Shown here: piece after piece, positions 22,261 through 31,729 of the stretch
Layout: each line of letters starts with the position of its first letter
Position numbering within the stretch: the stretch's first letter is position 1
Origin: Octopus bimaculoides
Lineage: Eukaryota
Assembly: GCF_001194135.2 (NCBI RefSeq)
Contig: NC_068988.1
Span: 57,469,885 to 57,507,044 of the forward strand
Reading direction: 5' to 3'
Length of the DNA: 37,160 bases
Notes under the pieces: model-generated
Database searches by the model: none
Told to the model about the DNA's origin: nothing
What the model saw: the letters and a program-made list of their open reading frames with translations, nothing else
Position numbers and translations under genes: made by a program

Positions 22261-22959
22261 ATATAGTTAGTTTACAGATTTTGTTGAGATGGCTTTCTTT
22301 ACCAACCCCTTGCTCGCTTTCTCACCCCCTTAAAAAATTTTTTTTTTTTTTTTTCAAATTTGCAGAAAAATGTCCCCAAAACAAATACTAATTTTCTTTT
22401 AGTTAAACAACTACAATCACACCCCATTCCAAAATGTCAAACTATTTCACAGGGGACATGATATTATTATCATCAAAAGTCTACGGAGAATGGTTATTTA
22501 GAAGAAAACAATGCATTGTTTCAATATTTAAGTATATATTTCCATATTCTTGCTAAATATTTACAGATTCTGAGATGGAGACCTATTTCCCTAGATAGTA
22601 TTTATGGCTTTCTTAACAACTGTTAATTTTTGCAAATTGCTGAAATGGTAAAGCTACTGTTAGCAGAAATGAATATCTGATAAAAACAATATTTATGTGT
22701 TTCCAGCAAATTGTAAGCTGAAGCAACATAACCAATTGTAACTTCAGACAGATCACAAATGTTAAGCAATGCCATAACTGGCCTGGTATTTAAAGAGATA
22801 GTAATTTTCAGAAATTCATTTGTGTAATAATTAATTGGCTGGTTTGGCACTGTCCTTGTGGTATTTAAAGAGTAAAGCTACTCAACTTTGAAGGGTTAGT
22901 TCTGACCCCAATAAGGTCTCGTTTAGAGAGGCCCTGTCACCAAATTTATCTTTTACTTG

Positions 22960-23430
22960 CTTTAGTCATTGGACAGCAGCCATGTTAGAGGACCACCTTG
23001 GAGGGTCTTAGTCAAATGAATTGACCCCAGTACATAATCTTTTATCTAGGTTTGGTACTTACTCTATTGGTTTCTTATGCTAAACTGTTAAGTAACAGGG
23101 ATGTAAACAAACTGATACCAGTTGTCAAGTGTGGTGGTGACACACACATAGACATTGGGTCTACAGTTTAAATTGGAATGGGTACCTATGCATATATGTA
23201 TCTGTTTATGTGTATGTATGTATGTATGTATGTATGTATGTATGTATGTATGTATAGAGATAGATAAATAGCTTGATAGATAGATAGATGTTTGTGTGTG
23301 TGTATACATACAGTATACAGCCAATAGATAACTATAAGTTGCTTCAATGTTCTGTAAGCTCAACACTGTGTACCCAGCCAATCCTGGTGCCCTACATGAT
23401 ATACCTAGATTCTAATGAATCCTGCAACTC

Positions 23431-23489
<59 letters not shown>

Positions 23490-23665
23490 AACATACCAAC
23501 ACACCAGTCTTTTTTCAGTTTTGGTCTACCAAATCCATTGATGAAATTTTGGTTGGTCCAGTGCTATACTAAAAGACACTTGCTCAAAGTGCCACACAGT
23601 GGGACTGAACACAGAACTATGTGATTGAGAAAAAAAACTTCTTCCCACACAACCATATCTGTGCC
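22960..23665 (-). mobile_element. SINE family A halves separated by expanded (TATG)n/(GATA)n/(CA)n tracts
   Basis: 3' half 22960-23140, head 23505-23665. Confidence 0.65.
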
Positions 23666-23727
23666 TATAATAGCCACACCAGTGCCTACATTTACTAATG
23701 CCTACATTTACTAATAATATTATCATT

Positions 23728-23873
23728 ATTATTAGTGTTCAGGTCACTGCTTGGAATTGGACTCGGAATCTTGGGGTTAGTAGCCCACGGGCATATGGCG
23801 TAGTGGTTAAGAGCGCTGGTTACTAACCCCAAGATTCCAAGTTCGATTCCAAGCAGTGACCTGAACACTAATA

Positions 23874-23912
<39 letters not shown>

Positions 23913-24082
23913 TTGAAAAATACCTTAGGAATGAGAACCCAGGTTCGAAATTTCCCCAAGACACCTGAAGAAGGCTGGCGGGTATATCAGCTGAAACGTT
24001 GTGTTAACAACAAACAAGATGAGGACAAATATCCATCAAATGTAAATAATATAAATAATGTACAAAATTCCTCATCTCTTAA
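23728..24082 (+). mobile_element. Composite element: inverted partial head + tRNA-like head + (AAT)n + hammerhead-bearing Penelope-like tail
   Basis: A-box TGGCGTAGTGG 23796-23806, B-box GTTCGATTCC 23841-23850; 57-bp arms 23728-23784 / 23819-23875; tail matches 12010-12105. Confidence 0.75.
23961..24004 (+). ncRNA. Minimal type-I hammerhead motif
   Basis: ACAC-CTGAAGA-A-GGCTG(10 nt)CAGCT-GAA-ACGT-T-GTGT: perfect stem I, GUU cleavage triplet. Confidence 0.7.
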
Positions 24083-24852
24083 ATACAGAATGGAAGCAGT
24101 AACTACTCACCTAACAGAGTGGATACTACGGAAGCAACAACAGTCATAGTAGAATTAGTAGTTGTTTGTTTAGAACCAGGTCACCAATGATTAGGTACAC
24201 CTATGGTCAAAGGTATTTAGGTTATGACTGATGCCCAACCCTGTTTTTTTTTTTCCTGGGCATAATGTATCTTGAAGTCATTACCCTTTCTTTATGCAAG
24301 ATGGTTAAATGTAATTTCATAATGATTTAGCTACTATTTTTAACAGGTTGAACAACCAGGTGCAGGCTTCCTCAATCAGCTTCATAAAGGTGAGATATTG
24401 TAAAGAATTCCAAGTACTAAAATAATGCAGAAGGGTAAGCAACTAGACAGAGCCTAAAGACCTGAAGAAATTTCCCATTTTCTGAGAACCAAGAAACTTA
24501 ATATGAAAGAGGAAGAAGAAACCATCTATTCTTAGCTTTATATTCTGATACTAACTTTAACCAAAATGATATTATCTCTATAATAAACAGAATGTTATCT
24601 TTACCATTACTAGAACTTACCTCCACCAAAATATTATCTTCACCATATGCTTTATTCCTAATGTTACATTATTCTCATTAGTAATCCTTTCCCCCCTTTT
24701 TTTTACCTCTTCATCTCCAACATCTGCTTTTCTTATTTATTGTAACATGGGTTGACAAGGTATGCAAATTCAAGCATTTGCGTCAATTGTTACGATAATG
24801 TAGTAGTTATCTTTAGAACCCACAAAAAAAATATACACGTCTACTGCTCTGC

Positions 24853-25072
24853 TACAATGGGATGCTGAAAATCTCTGGCTTTAAGGGTATCACGAAAGGC
24901 CTGGTTGGAAGCCCAACTTTCTAAGTTCCTTTACAGGGCTTAGAAAAACTGAAGGACTACTGCAATAAGTGTGTGAATCTGAGAGGGGAATATGTTGAAT
25001 AAAATCATAATTAACTGATCCTCCTGTATTTTCTTTTACTCAAAGCTAAGATCTTTTCAGCACCTCTTCATA
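24853..25072 (+). mobile_element. Second copy of the mariner-derived MITE
   Basis: Co-linear with 2019-2237; TA at both ends; TIRs tgctgaaaatctctggcttt / aaagctaagatcttttcagca. Confidence 0.85.
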
Positions 25073-25206
25073 TATAGTGATAGTCATTCTAGCATTTCCT
25101 TTCACATGAAAAATTGCTAGTTCAGTTAGGCACAGTAATGCATTGCTTCTCATAGCACGATGTAAAAGGTTTCAGGAATTAAAACATGGAAGTGTCGATA
25201 TTGCTG

Positions 25207-25450
25207 TCATCATCATCATCGTTTAACGTCTGCTTTCCATGCTGGCATGGGTTGGGTGGTTTGACTGAGGACTAGTGAGCCAGAGGGTGCACCAGGCTCA
25301 ATCTGATCTGGCAAAGTTTCTACAGCTGGATGCCCTTCCTAACACCAACCACTCTGTGAGTGTAGTGGGTGCTTTTACGTGCTACCTGCATGGGAGCCAG
25401 TCCGGCAGCACTGGCAACGACCACACTCGAATGTTGTTTTTCACATGCCG
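25207..25450 (-). mobile_element. SINE family D 3' part with (GAT)n tail
   Basis: Co-linear with 20115-20258 and longer. Confidence 0.75.
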
Positions 25451-25469
25451 TGTTTAATAAAAATTGTGA

Positions 25470-25700
25470 AGGTACGTGGTCTAGTGCTTATGATGTTTCA
25501 CTCATGATCATATGATTGTGATTTCAATTCCCAGGCCAGGTAATGTAATGTGTTCTTGAGCCAAACACTTCATTTTTATGCTGCTCCACTCCATTCAGCA
25601 GTAAATAAGTTTTGACATCCTATTCAAGGACGAGTGTTGCCATTTCAGTTATTAATTCTCCATGGAAACCAAGTTAAACTCTGGTCTTATGAATCTTAGG
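25470..25700 (+). mobile_element. Degraded CORE-like SINE
   Basis: tggtctagtg...tttcaattcccagg...ttcttgagccaaacact. Confidence 0.6.
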
Positions 25701-26046
25701 TTTCATGACAGGTCTAATTAAAATTAACTCATTAACTTTAAAGAATGTAGTTGTGTAAGGCCAGAACAACGTGAGAAAATACAAAGTAAACTACAAAAGG
25801 AAGAGAAATCAGAACCAAGTTGCAGTTTTACCTTGTATTTCTATATTTCGGGGTGAAGACCCCTTTTTCAGGATATTTGGAAAAAGCAGTGGTTGGAAAA
25901 GGTCATTGCTCAGATGTGTGGGGGGGGGGAGCTGGCATGCAACTAGTCTGCTTCATGTAGTTCCTTCCTGTTGTTCATGGCTGGTCTCATTTTGTTTATA
26001 AGGTGGGCTTCCATAATTATACTTCACCATGCTTCACCAAAACTAA

Positions 26047-26266
26047 CCCTTTAACAATTAAACCAGCCATATCTGGCCAAAATACTCTGCTTGCTTTATG
26101 TCCAAACTTGCCAGATCCTGCCTCTCTCACCTACCCTAAAATGTTGTTCTAAAAATATACAATCATATCATCAAAATCTCAAAACTATGTGATTGTGCAT
26201 GATTAATTCAAAACAATGTGAATAAATAAGCATTGCATTTGACAGAGTAATCTAATCACTAAAGGG
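26047..26266. mobile_element. Second piggyBac-like MITE family (fragments also at 6990-7118 and 16208-16234)
   Basis: CCCTTTA...TAAAGGG termini; flanks CTAA and TTAC are each one mismatch from TTAA. Confidence 0.65.
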
Positions 26267-26324
26267 TTACAAGGACTAAATACAAACTCTGTCTTCTCAT
26301 TAAAAAAACAATTTTAAAGGAAGT

Positions 26325-26540
26325 GGACTGGATGAATTGTTAGAATGTCACAAAAATCACTTTGCAGTATTTCTTCTGATTCACTACAACCTGAGTTCAA
26401 ATCCTGCTAAGGTCAATAGGCTTTTTATTTCTTTGAGATCAATAAAATAAAGTACTAGTTGAGCACTAGACAAGACAGTGCTGACTAACCCCAAACATTC
26501 AAAAATTGCTAGCCTTGTGCCTAAATTACAAGCAATTAAT
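26325..26540 (+). mobile_element. Degraded SINE family B copy
   Basis: ctgagttcaaatcc...aggtcaat...aagtactagttgagcact...gccttgtgcc. Confidence 0.55.
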
Positions 26541-26947
26541 AATGAAGGTCACTAATATGTTTTGGTAGGCAGAAAACCACTGAAAATTTGAAAACCACTG
26601 GCATACAAGCTGCTGTTTAGCTCAAAGATGGAAAGCATTCTAATTGTGATCATCATATCCTTTTTGTATATCTAGGACATGTCTTTTTTTTTTAATGTTA
26701 AGCAGTGAGTTGAGGCAGATTTGACTGCTGTTTCTGGCAAGATGTGTGATCATAGAGTTTTCCTCATTAGCTTATTTTAACAGATGTTAATCAAGGGAGG
26801 TAAGCATTGCACACACTGTTTATATCCCACACTCCAAGACTGATGAGTTTGATGTGGCCAATAGCTAGTCTCAATGTCTGGAGGTCAATGTCTGCAGGAA
26901 GAATATAAACTGGGAGAGGGCCTGGTCTAAATGCTTGAAACAGAGTG

Positions 26948-27235
26948 AACACTCAAGGACTAGGTGATGGTGCTAAATTGAGTATTATTTTAGGTCTCTG
27001 GTTCAATAAAAACACTCAAGGACTCAGTTGTGATGCCGAACTAAGTAGCATTTTAGGATGACAACCTGATACTAAAGATATTCAAAGACAATGTGGTGAA
27101 GCTAAATTGGACAGAATGTTAGGCCTAATATCCAATAAAAGCAACCAAGGATCAGGTAAGTGTATCAGGCTTACAATCCAATACTAAAGGTATCCAAGGC
27201 TCAGACAGTGATGCTGAATGATACACCATGATCAA
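26948..27235. repeat. Degenerate 63-66-bp minisatellite, 4-5 units
   Basis: Units start at 26948, 27011, 27077, 27140 and ~27189 (aacactcaaggact...gctaaatt...ttagg). Confidence 0.65.
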
Positions 27236-27574
27236 CCTAAGCAAATTTCCTTCCAATCATGCCCTACCATCATAAATAAAGGACACGTTTAATAAAGTAG
27301 TCTAAGATACTACAGAAGAGTTTAGATGGTTGTACCTGGAATGTCTTTGATCTCTTTGATCAATGGTCTACTGAGTCAAGGTTGATCCGGTGCTAAACAA
27401 CAACAACAACAACCTATGGCTAGGCACAGTTTGAATTCATCAGTTTTAAATCAAAAATCTAAAATCTTAATGACATCATGCCTTCTGTGTGACACCCAGT
27501 CATAGATATATAGACTCATACAAGACTCCCTACTGAACAAAATATTATAGGGTCAACTAATACCTACTCTCCAA

Positions 27575-27715
27575 TGCTAGTCATATTCATTTTCAGCTAA
27601 GTGGACTGCTGTTTTATGAAATGAAGTGCCTTATTCAAGGACACATGTTGTCTGGTCCCAAAATCAAACCCACCACTTATAACCAAGAACTCAATACCTT
27701 AAGGCACCGTCACTG
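27575..27715 (-). mobile_element. Degraded CORE-like SINE
   Basis: cagctaagtggact...aaatgaagtgccttattcaaggacac. Confidence 0.5.
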
Positions 27716-27946
27716 TATTTATATACATAATCATATATCTGGTTCTATGTATATGATATGAGAGAAAGATAAAGAAAAAAAATACAAGTATTCCCAGTTC
27801 TTACTATTTTAAAAAGACAGTAGTGATGTAGGCGTTTAAGAAATGTTAGTAGTTATGCAGTAAGCAGATCAGAATAAGAATAAGAACAGACCCATCACCA
27901 AATTATTTAGTGTCTTAAAAACAGAGCACTGATCCGGTTTACTTAC

Positions 27947-28044
27947 CACCAAGGCCTGCAGCAGCATCTTAGTGCTGATGTATGCAATCATAAGACTGGC
28001 AGCTGCCAGCCTTAAGCTTGGCTGTATAACATGAGAGGGATTTT
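27947..28044 (-). CDS. Exon (K)NPSHVIQPSLRLAAASLMIAYISTKMLLQALV, ends phase 0
   Basis: Consensus donor GTG|GTAAGT; tandem acceptors acacag/cgcag (start 28049 or 28044); only one frame is open. Confidence 0.8.
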
Positions 28045-28796
28045 CTGCGCTGTGTCATGATAAAAGACATATTTATTATAATACAATATTTTAGCAAGTC
28101 TTCATCAAAGAGAGGTTTTGCGGTTGGTTTTATTTTGAAGAGATAATGGNNNNNNNNNNNNNNNNNNNNNNNNNNNNNNNNNNNNNNNNNNNNNNNNNNN
28201 NNNNNNNNNNNNNNNNNNNNNNNNNNNNNNNNNNNNNNNNNNNNNNNNNNNNNNNNNNNNNNNNNNNNNNNNNNNNNNNNNNNNNNNNNNNNNNNNNNNN
28301 NNNNNNNNNNNNNNNNNNNNNNNNNNNNNNNNNNNNNNNNNNNNNNNNNNNNNNNNNNNNNNNNNNNNNNNNNNNNNNNNNNNNNNNNNNNNNNNNNNNN
28401 NNNNNNNNNNNNNNNNNNNNNNNNNNNNNNNNNNNNNNNNNNNNNNNNNNNNNNNNNNNNNNNNNNNNNNNNNNNNNNNNNNNNNNNNNNNNNNNNNNNN
28501 NNNNNNNNNNNNNNNNNNNNNNNNNNNNNNNNNNNNNNNNNNNNNNNNNNNNNNNNNNNNNNNNNNNNNNNNNNNNNNNNNNNNNNNNNNNNNNNNNNNN
28601 NNNNNNNNNNNNNNNNNNNNNNNNNNNNNNNNNNNNNNNNNNNNNNNNNNNNNNNNNNNNNNNNNNNNNNNNNNNNNNNNNNNNNNNNNNNNNNNNNNNN
28701 NNNNNNNNNNNNNNNNNNNNNNNNNNNNNNNNNNNNNNNNNNNNNNNNNNNNNNNNNNNNNNNNNNNNNNNNNNNNNNNNNNNNNNNNNNNNNNNN

Positions 28797-28827
<31 letters not shown>

Positions 28828-29235
28828 ATAATTGTCTGTGTATGTGTAGAAATGAAGCCCAAAATGAAATGTATGAGTGAGATGTGGCCCCTATCCCACC
28901 TAAAAGGGCAGTATGACTCTGGTTAAGGAACTGATTCAGATTGTGATGACCCACAATGTAACTTATGCCAACATAGAAAGTGATCATAAAATGATGATGA
29001 TTTGGACTTTGGGTATATGTCTATTAGTATATCCATTAAAGCACACTTACTGCTTGGGCTACCTGATGTCATTCGACAGTTACAGTATAATTGTCACTGG
29101 ATCTACATCAGGAATTACACAGTCTTCATTTGGTTTATAATTGATGTAGGAAACAGAAAATGGATTTGGTAGCCAGACTCATCTGCAGATTATAACCCCA
29201 GAATTATTCTACTCTCTGTCAGTGTACCCACATAC

Positions 29236-29302
29236 TACAAGAGAGTACAACAGGCCTGGAGGAACTCAGCATATGTAGAAGGATATCTTTTATAACAAAC
29301 TC
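29236..29302 (-). CDS. Exon EFVIKDILLHMLSSSRPVVLSC, phase 0 to 1
   Basis: Acceptor tctgtgtttcctcag, donor A|GTATGT. Confidence 0.7.
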
Positions 29303-30499
29303 CTGAGGAAACACAGACTACACTGACTGATGCAACACAACTAGATGCACAATATCCTACCTGTAAGGGACAGCTGTAGGATGGGTTGAAACGATCATCA
29401 CGTTGAATAAAGACTTTTACCAAATCTATTTTTAGCTTCCCTTATAAATTATACACACACACACACACACACACANNNNNNNNNNNNNNNNNNNNNNNNN
29501 NNNNNNNNNNNNNNNNNNNNNNNNNNNNNNNNNNNNNNNNNNNNNNNNNNNNNNNNNNNNNNNNNNNNNNNNNNNNNNNNNNNNNNNNNNNNNNNNNNNN
29601 NNNNNNNNNNNNNNNNNNNNNNNNNNNNNNNNNNNNNNNNNNNNNNNNNNNNNNNNNNNNNNNNNNNNNNNNNNNNNNNNNNNNNNNNNNNNNNNNNNNN
29701 NNNNNNNNNNNNNNNNNNNNNNNNNNNNNNNNNNNNNNNNNNNNNNNNNNNNNNNNNNNNNNNNNNNNNNNNNNNNNNNNNNNNNNNNNNNNNNNNNNNN
29801 NNNNNNNNNNNNNNNNNNNNNNNNNNNNNNNNNNNNNNNNNNNNNNNNNNNNNNNNNNNNNNNNNNNNNNNNNNNNNNNNNNNNNNNNNNNNNNNNNNNN
29901 NNNNNNNNNNNNNNNNNNNNNNNNNNNNNNNNNNNNNNNNNNNNNNNNNNNNNNNNNNNNNNNNNNNNNNNNNNNNNNNNNNNNNNNNNNNNNNNNNNNN
30001 NNNNNNNNNNNNNNNNNNNNNNNNNNNNNNNNNNNNNNNNNNNNNNNNNNNNNNNNNNNNNNNNNNNNNNNNNNNNNNNNNNNNNNNNNNNNNNNNNNNN
30101 NNNNNNNNNNNNNNNNNNNNNNNNNNNNNNNNNNNNNNNNNNNNNNNNNNNNNNNNNNNNNNNNNNNNNNNNNNNNNNNNNNNNNNNNNNNNNNNNNNNN
30201 NNNNNNNNNNNNNNNNNNNNNNNNNNNNNNNNNNNNNNNNNNNNNNNNNNNNNNNNNNNNNNNNNNNNNNNNNNNNNNNNNNNNNNNNNNNNNNNNNNNN
30301 NNNNNNNNNNNNNNNNNNNNNNNNNNNNNNNNNATATATATATATATATATATACATACACATACATATATACATACATACTTATATATATCTATAATAG
30401 CTAAAATGTAAGTGTGTGTTTAGGAGTAGCAAACACATGCACATATACACATGCCGACATCTATATACATGATACACAAACTAATGAAGAAATCCATGT

Positions 30500-30710
30500 G
30501 TGGTCATTTGACCTGTTAGAAACAGCAGTAAAAATCTCCTTCAAACCATACCCTACCATCACCACAAAAATGAAAGATTACATTGTATAATGTGATTCTA
30601 GATAAAATGTATCTAAAAAAAAAAAAAACACAAAAGCTATGCTAAAATCCGTTCTGATCATAGATTTGTTTGATAAGAGTTGACCCGGACTAAGCAATAA
30701 CAACCGCAAC
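30500..30710 (+). mobile_element. Old SINE-like family E with (AAC)n tail (representative copy)
   Basis: Motifs ctagaaatagcagycaaat and gaatg..tttgatca..ggtctgct also recur at ~690-770, 895-960, 7130-7210, 9195-9260, 9465-9500, 11410-11490, 19290-19490, 24165-24360, 26600-26775, 27300-27415 and 35265-35400. Confidence 0.65.
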
Positions 30711-30863
30711 CAAATACCCAGCCTTCATAAATTACATGCATCTGGACACAACACAGACAGACAGAGCATGTGCACACACACACACACACGCACACATGTA
30801 CATGAAAGGCAGACATACACACACATTGGAGATAGACGGACGGAAATCAAAATCAATAGTTAC

Positions 30864-30919
30864 AAAGATAGAAATTAGCTTCATCTCTGGAAAGTGTCCC
30901 AGACATATCTTATACCATT
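30864..30919 (-). CDS. Exon WYKICLGHFPEMKLISIF, phase 1 to 0
   Basis: Acceptor gctaatgtcag, donor TTT|GTAACT; in phase with exon 29302. Confidence 0.55.
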
Positions 30920-31068
30920 CTGACATTAGCAATTACTTCTAGTCATCTAAATAGCTGGCCAAATTGTGAAAGACTATGTATGTGTGTATTTGTGAGAGAT
31001 AGAAAGATAGTGAGAAAAAAAAAAAGAATTTGTCAGTAAGTAAAGGCCAAATTTAATAGTACATGTAT

Positions 31069-31129
<61 letters not shown>

Positions 31130-31462
31130 NNNNNNNNNNNNNNNNNNNNNNNNNNNNNNNNNNNNNNNNNNNNNNNNNNNNNNNNNNNNNNNNNNNNNNN
31201 NNNNNNNNNNNNNNNNNNNNNNNNNNNNNNNNNNNNNNNNNNNNNNNNNNNNNNNNNNNNNNNNNNNNNNNNNNNNNNNNNNNNNNNNNNNNNNNNNNNN
31301 NNNNNNNNNNNNNNNNNNNNNNNNNNNNNNNNNNNNNNNNNNNNNNNNNNNNNNNNNNNNNNNNNNNNNNNNNNNNNNNNNNNNNNNNNNNNNNNNNNNN
31401 NNNNNNNNACACACACAAACAAACATTCATATACACATATATAGATACATATACTTACATGT

Positions 31463-31501
<39 letters not shown>

Positions 31502-31729
31502 CATATGTATGTATACATAAATTTACACATAAGCATATACACACTAATATATATGCACAGACATACATGCATATGTTTATGTGACTATAAGTTTGGCTGA
31601 GTGGTTAAAAAGCTTGTTTTGCAACCGCCAGGCCCTGAGTTTGATATATAATATATTAATTAATGTACATTAACGAACATGTTTAAACAAAAATAGCATA
31701 AACCATATATGGAACCAGAAATCTAACAT

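Noticed and set aside
22452-22520. SH3-like GDMILLSSKVYGEWLF on the plus strand
   Set aside because: Only a short resemblance, no convincing donor, no other SH3 segments.
23789-23862. Functional tRNA gene
   Set aside because: Acceptor and T stems do not pair, the anticodon loop is non-canonical, and it is embedded in a repeat; treated as a SINE-type head.
22740-25900. Additional minus-strand exon candidates (RPVMALLNICDLSEVTI ~22740-22790; NKAYGEDNILVE ~24620-24656; DLFQPLLFPNILKKGSSPRNIEIQ ~25832-25910)
   Set aside because: Phases cannot be chained with each other and the accepted exons, and each has one weak splice site; left unassigned.
285-30919. Assigning the gene to Patched/NPC1, CLC, SLC12, separase or cGAS-like families
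   Set aside because: Only scattered few-residue resemblances that do not continue co-linearly; no gene symbol given.
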